A DNA stretch of 64,000 bases from an uncultured bacterium (GTDB lineage Bacteria; Krumholzibacteriota; Krumholzibacteriia; LZORAL124-64-63), in the NCBI GenBank assembly GCA_963727525.1, contig CAVSGO010000007.1, positions 576,001-640,000 on the forward strand, given 5' to 3'. Under the pieces are notes generated by a model that saw nothing but the letters and a program-made list of their open reading frames with translations, was not told where the DNA came from and did no database searches. A program made the position numbers and the translations under genes. Positions 8,505 through 17,901 of this stretch are shown here, piece after piece; position 1 is the first letter of the stretch, and every line of letters begins with the position of its first letter.

Positions 8505-9269
8505 GTGAACGACACCGTGCTGGTCGTGATCCCCGCGCGCTGGGGATCGAGCCGGTTCCCCGGCAAGCTCCTTGCCGATCTCGGCGGCCAGCCGCTGATC
8601 GTGCGCACGGCCGCGCAGGCGCGGCGCATGCACACCGCCACTGCGGTGGTGGTGGCCACCGACGACGCGCGCATCGCTGACGTGGTGACGGCGGCCGGGC
8701 TGACCTGCGAGATCACCGGCGATCATCCCACCGGCTCCGACCGGGTGGGCGCGGTGGCGCGTCGGCATGCGGCCGACATCGTGGTGAACCTCCAGGGCGA
8801 CGAGCCGCTGCTCGATCCGGCCGACGCCGATGCTCTGGTGGCGGCCCTGCGGGACGACCCCGGTGCGGACATCGCCACCTGCGCGCATGCCTTCGGACCC
8901 GACGATGCCATTGCCGACCCCCACACCGTGAAGGTGCTGGTGGATTGTCGCGGCCGGGCCCTGTACTTTAGCCGGGCGGCCGTGCCGGGGGAGTTCCCCG
9001 GACGATCCGCGCGCGTGACGCCACAGGACCTTGCGCCGCAGGACGTGGCGCTGCGGCACGTAGGCATCTACGCTTTCCGGAAAGCGGCCCTGGAGCGCTT
9101 CCTGGCGCTGCCGCCGGGCCGCCTCGAGCAGGTCGAGGGACTCGAACAACTGCGCGCGCTGGAGAACGGCCTGGTGATCCGCGTGGTGACGATCGCGCAC
9201 GGGCCGGTCGGAGTGGACACGCCGGCCGATCTGGAGCGAGTGCGCCGTCTGTGGGCGGCAAAGGAGTAG
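8505..9269 (+). CDS. kdsB: 3-deoxy-manno-octulosonate cytidylyltransferase
   Basis: VIPARWGSSRFPGK, TGSDR, VNLQGDEP, ALYFSR and LEQVEGLEQLRALE; start is GTG 8505 or ATG 8478. Confidence 0.94.
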   Translation: MNDTVLVVIPARWGSSRFPGKLLADLGGQPLIVRTAAQARRMHTATAVVVATDDARIADVVTAAGLTCEITGDHPTGSDRVGAVARRHAADIVVNLQGDEPLLDPADADALVAALRDDPGADIATCAHAFGPDDAIADPHTVKVLVDCRGRALYFSRAAVPGEFPGRSARVTPQDLAPQDVALRHVGIYAFRKAALERFLALPPGRLEQVEGLEQLRALENGLVIRVVTIAHGPVGVDTPADLERVRRLWAAKE

Positions 9270-9275
9270 CCAGCT

Positions 9276-10925
9276 ATGGCCAAGTTCGTCTTCGTCACCG
9301 GCGGCGTGGTATCGGCCCTGGGCAAGGGCATCGCCAGCGCCTCTCTCGGCACGTTACTCAAGGCGCGGGGGCTGCAGGTGGTGCTGCAGAAGTTCGATCC
9401 CTATCTGAACGTCGACCCCGGCACCATGAGCCCGTACCAGCACGGCGAGGTCTTCGTGCTCGACGATGGCGCCGAGTGCGATCTCGACCTCGGCCATTAC
9501 GAGCGCTTCACCGACGTCACCCTCGATCGCGCCAACAACCTCACGGCCGGTAAGGTCTATGAGGAGATCCTGCGCAAGGAACGCAAGGGGGAGTATCTCG
9601 GGCGCACGGTGCAGGTGATCCCGCACGTCACCGATGAGATCAAGCGGCGCATCCTGTTGCCGGTGATGAACCACCCCGACGTGGACGTGGTCATCACCGA
9701 GATCGGCGGCACGGTGGGCGACATCGAGTCGTTGCCTTTTCTCGAGGCCATCCGCCAGTTCCGTCTGGAGCGGCCCGTGAACGACACGGTATCGGTGCAC
9801 CTGACGCTGGTGCCGTACATCGAAGCGGCCGGTGAGATCAAGACCAAGCCCACGCAGCACTCGGTGGCGGATCTGCGCAGCATCGGCATCCAGCCCGACT
9901 TCCTGATCTGCCGCGCCAAGGCGCCTATCGGTCACGACGCGCGGCGCAAGATCGCCCTTTTCTGCAACCTGCCGCCCGAACACGTGATCGACGGTCAGGA
10001 CGTGCGTTCGATCTACGAGGTGCCTTTGATTTACCTGCACCAGGGAGTGGACGACCTGCTCTGCCAGCGGCTGGGGCTCGATCCTCCGCACGAGGCCGAC
10101 ATGAGCGACTGGGAGCGGATGACGCGCATCATCCTCGACCCGCCGGATATGGTGCGCATCGCCATCGTGGGCAAGTACGTCGAGCTTAAGGACGCGTACA
10201 AGAGCATCAGCGAGTCGCTCGTGCACGCGGGCATTCCCAATCGCGTGGGCGTGCGCCAGATCTGGGTGGACAGCGAGTCGCTCGAGGGCCGTGACATCGG
10301 CGACGCGCGTCTCGACGAGATCTTCCAGGACTGCCATGGCATCCTCGTGCCCGGCGGCTTCGGCGACCGCGGCATCCAGGGCAAGATCACGGCGGTGCGC
10401 TACGCGCGTGAGAAGAGTATCCCGTACTTCGGCATCTGCCTGGGCCTGCAATGCGCAATGATCGAGATCGGCCGTGACGTGGCCGGGCTGGCGATGGCCA
10501 ATAGCGCCGAGTTCGATCCGGCCACGCCCCATCCGGTGATCCATCTCATGGAGGAGCAGAAGGAAGTCAAGAACCTCGGCGGCACCATGCGCCTGGGCGC
10601 CTGGCCGGCCCTGCTCAAGGAGGGATCGATCGCGCGGGCGAGCTACGATCGCGAGGAGATCAGCGAGCGGCATCGGCATCGCTACGAGGTGAACAACGAC
10701 TACCGCGAAGCTTTCGAGGAGGTGGGCGTGCAGTTCTCGGGCACGTCGCCCGGTGGCGATCTGGTGGAGATCATGGAACTGCCGGCGCACCCGTTCTTCG
10801 TGGCGGTGCAGTTCCATCCCGAGCTGAAGTCGCGGCCGCAACGGCCGCATCCGCTGTTCCGGGAATTCGTGGGAGCGGCGGTGGAACACCAGCGACGCCA
10901 GCGCGAGCACGCGGAACAGGTCTAG
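9276..10925 (+). CDS. pyrG: CTP synthase
   Basis: FVTGGVVSALGKG, DPYLNVDPGTMSP, GICLGLQ, ERHRHRYE and QFHPE. Confidence 0.98.
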   Translation: MAKFVFVTGGVVSALGKGIASASLGTLLKARGLQVVLQKFDPYLNVDPGTMSPYQHGEVFVLDDGAECDLDLGHYERFTDVTLDRANNLTAGKVYEEILRKERKGEYLGRTVQVIPHVTDEIKRRILLPVMNHPDVDVVITEIGGTVGDIESLPFLEAIRQFRLERPVNDTVSVHLTLVPYIEAAGEIKTKPTQHSVADLRSIGIQPDFLICRAKAPIGHDARRKIALFCNLPPEHVIDGQDVRSIYEVPLIYLHQGVDDLLCQRLGLDPPHEADMSDWERMTRIILDPPDMVRIAIVGKYVELKDAYKSISESLVHAGIPNRVGVRQIWVDSESLEGRDIGDARLDEIFQDCHGILVPGGFGDRGIQGKITAVRYAREKSIPYFGICLGLQCAMIEIGRDVAGLAMANSAEFDPATPHPVIHLMEEQKEVKNLGGTMRLGAWPALLKEGSIARASYDREEISERHRHRYEVNNDYREAFEEVGVQFSGTSPGGDLVEIMELPAHPFFVAVQFHPELKSRPQRPHPLFREFVGAAVEHQRRQREHAEQV

Positions 10926-10935
10926 GAGGAGGCGC

Positions 10936-11775
10936 ATGGCCATCGCCGCCCCGATCACCATCGGCTCGAGCGAGGTCGGCGACGGCCGGCCGCTCCTCGT
11001 CATCGCGGGGCCGTGCGTGCTGGAGGATCCCGACGAGATGCTGCGCACGGCAGGCGCGCTGGCGGCGGCGTGTCGGGAGCTGGGTGTGGGCTACTGCTTC
11101 AAGTCGAGCTTCACCAAGGACAATCGCACGAGCGGCGACGCGTATCGCGGTCCGGGGCGTGACGAGGGGCTACGCCTGTTGCAGCGGATTGCCGACGCGC
11201 ACGACGTGGCTGTGCTCACCGACGTGCACCAGCCCGATGATTGCGCCCCCGTCGCCGAAGTGGCCGACGTGCTGCAGATCCCGGCCTTCATGTGCCGCCA
11301 GAGCTCGCTGCTCGAGGCGGCGGGACGCACGGGCCGCGCCGTCAATATCAAGAAGGGGCAGTTCCTGGCTCCGGCGGATCTGGGCCATGCCGCGGCGAAG
11401 GTGGCGGCTGCGGGCAGCGACCGTATCCTGCTCACCGAGCGTGGCACCTTCTTCGGCTACCGCGATCTCGTGGTGGACTTCCGCGGCGTCGTGATCATGC
11501 GCGAGCTGGGTCGACCCGTCGTCATGGACGCCACGCACGCGGTGCAGAAACCCGGCAGCACCGGCACCGCCACCGGCGGCGTGCCCGCGCACATCCCGCC
11601 CCTGGCGCGCTGTGGCGTGGCAGCCGGTGCCGACGCCGTTTTTCTCGAGGTGCACCCGGATCCCGCGCGCGCGCGCTGCGATGCGGCGAGCCAGCTTCCA
11701 CTCGAGCGATTTGCGCCGCTGGTGCGCGGTCTGGCGCGCCTGCGCGCGATCGTCCTGGAGGAGGCAGCGGGATGA
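10936..11775 (+). CDS. kdsA: KDO 8-phosphate synthase
   Basis: IAGPCVLE, LQIPAFMCRQ, NIKKGQFL, TERG, DATHAVQ and FLEVHPDP; lies in the kds cluster. Confidence 0.93.
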   Translation: MAIAAPITIGSSEVGDGRPLLVIAGPCVLEDPDEMLRTAGALAAACRELGVGYCFKSSFTKDNRTSGDAYRGPGRDEGLRLLQRIADAHDVAVLTDVHQPDDCAPVAEVADVLQIPAFMCRQSSLLEAAGRTGRAVNIKKGQFLAPADLGHAAAKVAAAGSDRILLTERGTFFGYRDLVVDFRGVVIMRELGRPVVMDATHAVQKPGSTGTATGGVPAHIPPLARCGVAAGADAVFLEVHPDPARARCDAASQLPLERFAPLVRGLARLRAIVLEEAAG

Positions 11776-12413
11776 GCGATGGCACGCACGGTGGCTGGCC
11801 GCTGCCCTCACCGGCGGAAGAGATCGCGGAGGCCCGCGCCGGCCTGGGCGAGGACCTCGTCGTGCGTCTGGCGGGCGTCGAATTGCTCGTGCTCGATTGC
11901 GATGGCGTGCTCACCGATGGCGCGCTGCATTTCGGCCCGGAGGGCGAGGTGGTGAAGGTCTTCAACGCCCAGGACGGTCTCGGACTGATGATGCTGCGTA
12001 TGGCGGGCGTGCGCCGCGCCGTGCTCACCGGACGCAACAGCCCGATGGTGGCGCGTCGTTGCCGTGAGCTGAAGTTCGAGAGCATCGCCATGGGTCGCTT
12101 CGACAAGGCGGTGGCGCTGGACGAGATCGTCGACAGCCTGGGCCTCACGCGCGCATCGGCGCTCATGGTGGGTGACGACCTGCTCGATCTGCCGGCCCTC
12201 ACCGCGGCCGCCGTGGCGGTCACGGTGCCGGCGGCGCCGGCGGAAGTGCGGGCTGCCTGCGACTGGACGACGCGCCGTTGCGGCGGCCACGGTGCGGTGC
12301 GCGAGGTATGCGACCTGCTGCTGAAAAGTCGCGGCGCCTACGCGCGCGCCATCCGCGACCTTGCGGCCCACGGTCCTCTGGTCAGTACGACGCCCGGAAA
12401 GGATCTGGTATGA
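11772..12413 (+). CDS. kdsC: KDO 8-phosphate phosphatase (HAD family)
   Basis: LDCDGVLTDG, FNAQDGLG, VGDDLLDL and GGHGAVREVCD; ATGA overlap with kdsA. Confidence 0.9.
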   Translation: MSDGTHGGWPLPSPAEEIAEARAGLGEDLVVRLAGVELLVLDCDGVLTDGALHFGPEGEVVKVFNAQDGLGLMMLRMAGVRRAVLTGRNSPMVARRCRELKFESIAMGRFDKAVALDEIVDSLGLTRASALMVGDDLLDLPALTAAAVAVTVPAAPAEVRAACDWTTRRCGGHGAVREVCDLLLKSRGAYARAIRDLAAHGPLVSTTPGKDLV

Positions 12414-13411
12414 ACGCGCAACCCCGCCCTCTGGACGACACCGAGATCCTGGTTCGTGGCCGCGCCACCTTCGCGCAGGAAGCCGCCGCGCTGCAAACCG
12501 TTGGCGAGAGCCTCGACGTGGCCTTCGTGCAGGCGGTGCGCGCATTGCTGGCCTGCGAAGGCCGCGTGCTGGTGACGGGCCTGGGCAAGAGTGGCATCGT
12601 GGCGCGCAAGACCGCCGCCACGCTCACGTCCACCGGCACGCCGAGCCAGTTCATGCACCCCGTGGAGGCGGCGCATGGAGATCTGGGCGTAGTGCGCGAG
12701 CGTGACGTGCTCATCGCCATCAGCCGCAGCGGCGACAACCGCGAGGTGTGCGAGCTAGCGACGCTGTGCAAGCACTTCGGCGTGACGACGATCGCGCTCG
12801 TGGGCCGCGCGGACAGTGCGCTGGCGCGGCTCTGCGACATCGTGCTGGTCACGCCCATCGCCCGCGAGGCCTGCCCCCTCGATCTCACGCCCACGACCAG
12901 CGCCACCGCGGCCATGGTCATGGGCGATGCGTTCGTGGTGGCCCTGCTGGAGCTGCGGGGCTTCACCCGCGAGGACTTCGCCACGTTCCATCCCAGCGGG
13001 GTGCTCGGCCGGCGGCTCCTGCTCACGGCAGGCGAACTCATGCACAAGGGCGACGATCTGCCGCGCGTACAGGCCGGCATGACGCTGCGCGAGTCGCTGC
13101 CCGAGATCGTGGGCAAGCGCCTGGGCGGCACCTGCGTGGTGGACGCCGACGGCCACCTGGTGGGCGTGTGCGTGGATGGCGACGTCAAGCGCATGCTCTT
13201 GAAACGTCAGGACGCACTGGACCAGCCGATCGACGCGTCGATGAACTCCCAGCCCACGACCATCGGTCCGGACATGCTGGCGGTGCGCGCGCTCCGGCTC
13301 ATGGAGCAGCGCGCGGAAGGTCCCATCACGCTGCTCATCGTGGTGGATGACGACCATCGGCCGCTGGGGCTGCTGCACATCCACGACGTCCTGCGCGCGG
13401 GCCTCCTCTGA
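12410..13411 (+). CDS. kdsD: arabinose-5-phosphate isomerase (KpsF/GutQ, SIS + CBS)
   Basis: TGLGKSGIVARK, STGTPSQFMHPVEAAHGDLG, EACPLDLTPTTS and HPSGVLG, plus a CBS pair. Confidence 0.93.
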   Translation: MNAQPRPLDDTEILVRGRATFAQEAAALQTVGESLDVAFVQAVRALLACEGRVLVTGLGKSGIVARKTAATLTSTGTPSQFMHPVEAAHGDLGVVRERDVLIAISRSGDNREVCELATLCKHFGVTTIALVGRADSALARLCDIVLVTPIAREACPLDLTPTTSATAAMVMGDAFVVALLELRGFTREDFATFHPSGVLGRRLLLTAGELMHKGDDLPRVQAGMTLRESLPEIVGKRLGGTCVVDADGHLVGVCVDGDVKRMLLKRQDALDQPIDASMNSQPTTIGPDMLAVRALRLMEQRAEGPITLLIVVDDDHRPLGLLHIHDVLRAGLL

Positions 13412-13459
13412 TTCCGCGGCCTTGACGCAGAACCTTATATTCCCCATACAATTACGTAG

Positions 13460-13476
13460 TTGGCACAGGATGTGCT
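13460..13476 (+). promoter_or_regulatory. putative sigma54 (-24/-12) promoter
   Basis: TTGGCACAGGATGTGCT = GG-N10-GC with a TGGCAC -24 box, in an AT-rich intergenic gap upstream of the acyltransferase-lptC-lptB-rpoN run. Confidence 0.5.
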
Positions 13477-13560
13477 TGACCATGGCCCTTTCGTGGGACA
13501 ATGTCGGGGTCAGCGGCTGCCTCGCGGCGACACGCGGGTGGCCTGGATACCGGAGGTGCC

Positions 13561-14481
13561 TTGTCCGCCGCGCACCTGTCCCTGCGTCGCCGCCTGCGGC
13601 GCCGCTTCTATCTGGCGCTGACCCGGGGCGTGCTGGCGGCGGCCGGTCGCCTTCCGGCCGGGGCGGGACGTAGCCTGTGCCGCGGTCTGGCGGCACTGGC
13701 CTGGCGCATCCGGCCTAGGGAGCGGGCGCGGGCGCGGCAGAACCTGGCGCGGGCGTTTCCTCAGCTGGCACCGCCGGCGCGTGACCGGCTCCTTCGGGCG
13801 AGTGCCGCAGCCCTGGGCGAGACGTTGTTCGCGACACTCACGGCGGACCGGATGGCGGCGGCGGGGTTTCCCGGCGTCGTGGCGCCGACCGATCTGGCGG
13901 GCGACGATGCCGCCGCGGCCTGTCGCCGTGCGCTGGCGCCCGGGCGCGGGGCGATCCTGCTGACGGGCCACATCGGGTGCTGGGAATTGCTCGGAGCGTG
14001 GCTGGCCGCGCGTCTGGGCGGATTGGCGGTGGTCACCGGCACGGTGCACAATCCGGCGGTGGACGCGCTGGTCCAGGACCGGCGGCGGGCACTGGGCATG
14101 GAACCTCTCCCGCGTAAGGCGGGCATCCGGCCCGTGCTGCGGCAACTCGCGCAGGGGCGTATGGTAGGCGTGCTGCTCGATCAGAACACGCGGGCCGCGA
14201 GCGTGCCGGCGCCCTTCTTCGGGCATCCGGCGCCGACGCCGATCGTGGTGGCCAAGCTTGCGCTGCGGCGCGGGCTGGCGGTGGTGCCGGCCGCGATGGT
14301 GCGACGCGACGACTGCTGGGTGGTGGAACATCTGCCGGCGCTGCTGCCGGAGTCGGCGGCGGACCCGCGGCGCGCCGAGGATGTGGTGGCGTTCACCGCG
14401 CGCTGCAACGAGGCGTTGCAGACATTGATCGTGCGGAACCCGGAGCAGTGGGTGTGGTTCCACCGCAGGTGGGATGATTGA
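13561..14481 (+). CDS. lipid A biosynthesis acyltransferase (LpxL/HtrB family)
   Basis: NLARAFP, LTGHIGCWE, LLDQ, FFG and PEQWVWFHRRW; TTG start after GGAGG. Confidence 0.85.
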   Translation: MSAAHLSLRRRLRRRFYLALTRGVLAAAGRLPAGAGRSLCRGLAALAWRIRPRERARARQNLARAFPQLAPPARDRLLRASAAALGETLFATLTADRMAAAGFPGVVAPTDLAGDDAAAACRRALAPGRGAILLTGHIGCWELLGAWLAARLGGLAVVTGTVHNPAVDALVQDRRRALGMEPLPRKAGIRPVLRQLAQGRMVGVLLDQNTRAASVPAPFFGHPAPTPIVVAKLALRRGLAVVPAAMVRRDDCWVVEHLPALLPESAADPRRAEDVVAFTARCNEALQTLIVRNPEQWVWFHRRWDD

Positions 14482-14505
14482 AGAGCTAAATCGCAGGAAG
14501 TCAAC

Positions 14506-15102
14506 GTGATTCGCCGATCGTACGACCACTCGCCGAACCGCTATCGCGCCGCACTGCTGGTCCTCCTCGCCCTGGTGCCGGCGGGCCTGGGCATCCTCGG
14601 CTGTTCCGGCCCCGATGAGGAGACGCCGTCGGCATCGCCCCAGTCGCTCGCCCTCGTTCCCGAGCAGACCTTCGACGACTACCGCCTCATCGAGACGGAA
14701 GACGGCGTGCGGCAGTGGGTCCTCGATAGCGACCACATGACGAAGTATCCGGATCGCCAGGATCTCCACCTGGAGACGGTGAAGATGGACTTCTACCGGG
14801 AGGGCGCGTACTTCTCCACCCTCACCGCCGACAGCGGTCTGGCCAACCAGGCCACGCATGACGTGGATGTCTGGGGCCACGTCGTGGTGGTGACCGACGA
14901 CGGCCGTCGGCTGCGCACCGAGAAACTGCACTTCGACAACGGGTCGGGGCTCATCACGAACGAGGTGTACAACGAGTTCGAGCGCGGCGACGACATCGTC
15001 ACCGGCATCGGCCTGAAGGCCACCCCCGACTTCGAGTATATCGAGATCAAGCAGCGTGTCGAGGCCTCCGTCGGCGACGACACGGCGCAGGATCTGGAAT
15101 GA
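14506..15102 (+). CDS. lptC: LPS export periplasmic protein LptC (lipoprotein-type)
   Basis: Hydrophobic N-terminus ending LGILGC; LTADSG...VWGHVVV...LRTEKLHFD beta-jellyroll pattern; directly upstream of lptB. Confidence 0.8.
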   Translation: MIRRSYDHSPNRYRAALLVLLALVPAGLGILGCSGPDEETPSASPQSLALVPEQTFDDYRLIETEDGVRQWVLDSDHMTKYPDRQDLHLETVKMDFYREGAYFSTLTADSGLANQATHDVDVWGHVVVVTDDGRRLRTEKLHFDNGSGLITNEVYNEFERGDDIVTGIGLKATPDFEYIEIKQRVEASVGDDTAQDLE

Positions 15103-15836
15103 ACGTCGCCGCCTCCCACGTGCTGCGCGCCGAGGGACTGCGCAAGGTCTACCGCAAGCGCGCGGTGGTCAACGACGTCGATCTGGAGTTGCGTCAAGGG
15201 GAGGTCGTGGGACTTCTCGGGCCCAACGGTGCGGGCAAGACCACGTCGTTCTACATGATCGTGGGCTTCATCCGGGCCGACGAGGGGCGCATCGTTCTCG
15301 ACGATGCCGACATCTCCGGGCTCCCGATGTACAAGCGCGCCCGCCTCGGCATCGGCTACCTGCCCCAGGAATCGAGCATCTTCCGCAAGCTTACCGTGGA
15401 GCAGAACGTGCTCGCCATCTTGCAGACGCTGAAACTGTCGCGCAAGGAGCGGGACGCGCGCCTGGAGTACTTGCTCGAGCTGATGGGCATCACGCACGTG
15501 CGCAAGAATGCGGGCTATCAGCTCTCCGGGGGCGAGCGGCGCCGCGTGGAGATCGCCCGCGCGCTGGTCACCGAGCCCAAGTTCATCCTACTCGACGAGC
15601 CCTTCGCCGGCATCGACCCCATCGCCGTGGCCGACCTGCAGAAGTGCGTATTCCAGCTCAAGGACGAGGGACTGGGCATTCTCATCACCGACCACAACGT
15701 GCGCGAGACGCTGACCATCACCGATCGCGCTTATATTCTCTTCGAGGGACATATCGAGCTGGCGGGCTCGGCCGCGGAGATCGTGGCCAGCGACAAGGCC
15801 CGGGCGATCTATCTGGGTGAGTCGTTCCGGCTCTAG
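15099..15836 (+). CDS. lptB: LPS export ABC transporter ATP-binding protein
   Basis: [55 protein letters not shown] and YLGESFRL. Confidence 0.96.
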   Translation: MNVAASHVLRAEGLRKVYRKRAVVNDVDLELRQGEVVGLLGPNGAGKTTSFYMIVGFIRADEGRIVLDDADISGLPMYKRARLGIGYLPQESSIFRKLTVEQNVLAILQTLKLSRKERDARLEYLLELMGITHVRKNAGYQLSGGERRRVEIARALVTEPKFILLDEPFAGIDPIAVADLQKCVFQLKDEGLGILITDHNVRETLTITDRAYILFEGHIELAGSAAEIVASDKARAIYLGESFRL

Positions 15837-15861
15837 CCGGATTCGACCCAGGAGGCTGCGC

Positions 15862-17310
15862 ATGGATATCAAGATGGGTATGCATCAGGGGATGCATCTG
15901 AAGCAGCAGATCGTCATGACCCAGCGCCTGCAGCAGGCACTCAAGCTCCTGCAGGTGCCCACGCTCGAACTGGAGGCGATTCTACGCATGGAGCTGCAGG
16001 GCAATCCCCTGCTGGAAGAGGTGGAGCCGGGCGAAGACGGCGACGAGTCCGAGGATACGGATCAGGAGTCGGCGAACGAGACCGACGACGAGCCCACGAC
16101 CGCGGAGGCGACGGCCGACGTCGCGGGCGAGGGCGTCGACTGGGACGAGTACTTCAAGGACGGCTTCCGCAACACGCAGAGCGAACCCGAGTACGAGGAC
16201 GAGGATCAGCTCGAGCGCCCGCCGGTGTACATGCCCACGGGACAGGAGCACCTGGTCGATCAGCTCCACATGGCGGTGGACGACGAGCACGACCGCCGCA
16301 TCGGCGAGTACATCATCGGCTGCCTGAACGGCGACGGCTTCCTGGCAGCGCCGGCCACGGAGATCGCCGCCTACTTCGAGGTGTCGGTGGAAGAGGTCGA
16401 GCGCGTGCTGAAGATCATCCAGCAGTTCGATCCGCCGGGCGTGGCCTCGCGCGATCTGGCGGAGTGTCTGCTGCTGCAGCTCCAGGCGCGCGGACAGGGC
16501 GATTCCCTCGAGGCCCGCATCGTGCGCGACCATTTCGAGGATCTCAAGAACCGCAGGTTCGCTGACATGGCGCGCGCCCTTAAGATCACGCCACTGGAAG
16601 TGCAGGAACTGTCGGCCAGCATCGGCGAGCTCGATCCCCGGCCCGGCATGACCAACGGTGGCGAGGGCGCGCGCCCGATCGTGCCAGATCTCGTGGTGGA
16701 GAAGGTGGACGAGGATGGTGACGACTACGTCGTCTATCTGAACGACGGCAACTTACCGCGCCTACGCGTGAGCAAAGCCTACGACGATACGCTGCGCGAG
16801 AGCACGAACCGCCAAGACGACGCCGTGCAGTTCATCGACGAGAAGAAGCGCTATGCCGAGTGGATCATCAAGACCATCGAGCAGCGTAGGCGGACGATGA
16901 TCAAGGTCATGGAAGCGATCGTGCGCGAGCAGAAGGACTTCTTCGAGCGCGGTGCCATCGCGCTCAGACCGCTCACGTTGCAGCAGGTGGCCAGTGCCAT
17001 CGACATGCACGAATCCACCGTGTCGCGCGTCACGCGTCAGAAATACGTGCAGACGCCGCGCGGGGTGTTCCCACTGAAGTACTTCTTCTCGGCGGGACTG
17101 GACACCGACGAGGGCAGCGAGGTGGCCGCCAAGGCGGTCAAGATGATGATCAGGGAAATCGTCGACGGCGAGAACACGAAGCGTCCGCTGTCGGACAAGA
17201 AGATCGTGGACATCCTCGGGCAGCGCGGCCTGAAGATCGCCCGCCGCACCGTGGCGAAGTACCGCGAGCAGATGGGTATCCTCAACGCGCGCATGCGCAA
17301 GCAGTTCTGA
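15862..17310 (+). CDS. rpoN: RNA polymerase sigma-54 factor
   Basis: Q-rich region I (QQIVMTQRLQQALKLLQ), MHESTVSR HTH and RpoN box ARRTVAKYRE. Confidence 0.97.
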   Translation: MDIKMGMHQGMHLKQQIVMTQRLQQALKLLQVPTLELEAILRMELQGNPLLEEVEPGEDGDESEDTDQESANETDDEPTTAEATADVAGEGVDWDEYFKDGFRNTQSEPEYEDEDQLERPPVYMPTGQEHLVDQLHMAVDDEHDRRIGEYIIGCLNGDGFLAAPATEIAAYFEVSVEEVERVLKIIQQFDPPGVASRDLAECLLLQLQARGQGDSLEARIVRDHFEDLKNRRFADMARALKITPLEVQELSASIGELDPRPGMTNGGEGARPIVPDLVVEKVDEDGDDYVVYLNDGNLPRLRVSKAYDDTLRESTNRQDDAVQFIDEKKRYAEWIIKTIEQRRRTMIKVMEAIVREQKDFFERGAIALRPLTLQQVASAIDMHESTVSRVTRQKYVQTPRGVFPLKYFFSAGLDTDEGSEVAAKAVKMMIREIVDGENTKRPLSDKKIVDILGQRGLKIARRTVAKYREQMGILNARMRKQF

Positions 17311-17331
17311 CATCGACCGGAGGAGGAGATC

Positions 17332-17868
17332 ATGGACATCGAGATCAAGACTCGCCATTTCCAGCTCGATGATGAGGCGCGCGAGAAGATCGCGGCGCAG
17401 ATGGAGAAGCTGGAACGGTTCAGTCCGCGGCCGGTGCAGGAGGCGAAGCTCACCCTGACGTTCGACAACGACGAGTTCGAGTGCGACGCGGTGCTCTTCC
17501 TCAGCCATCAGGAGTTCCGGGCCCGCCACCGCGGCACCGAGCCCGAGCTGGCGACCGCCGGCGCCGCGGAGAACCTCCAGCGGCAGCTCGAGAAGTTCAA
17601 GGGGAAGGTCAGCGCGAAGCAGCGCGCCGAGCCGGGCGGGCTGGGACGCGCCATGGCGCCGGGCGATGGCGAGCTCGCGAGTGAGATGATGGTCACCCCG
17701 GGGGGCGGTTTCGAGCTGCGCGACCTCGACCTGGAGACGGCCCGGGAGGCGTACGGCGAGTCGGACGCGCCGTTCCTCGTGTTCCGCAACATCGAGACGA
17801 CGCGCATCGCGGTGGTTTACGCGATGCCGGACGGCAAGCTCGGCGTGATGGAAGCCCGCAACGACTAG
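17332..17868 (+). CDS. hpf: long-form ribosome hibernation promoting factor (S30AE + C-terminal dimerisation domain)
   Basis: MDIEIKTRH...EKLERF N-domain; FLVFRN...AVVY...DGKLG C-domain; directly after rpoN. Confidence 0.8.
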   Translation: MDIEIKTRHFQLDDEAREKIAAQMEKLERFSPRPVQEAKLTLTFDNDEFECDAVLFLSHQEFRARHRGTEPELATAGAAENLQRQLEKFKGKVSAKQRAEPGGLGRAMAPGDGELASEMMVTPGGGFELRDLDLETAREAYGESDAPFLVFRNIETTRIAVVYAMPDGKLGVMEARND

Positions 17869-17901
17869 GCGACACGACGCGCACACGATGCTGGAGGATT
17901 C

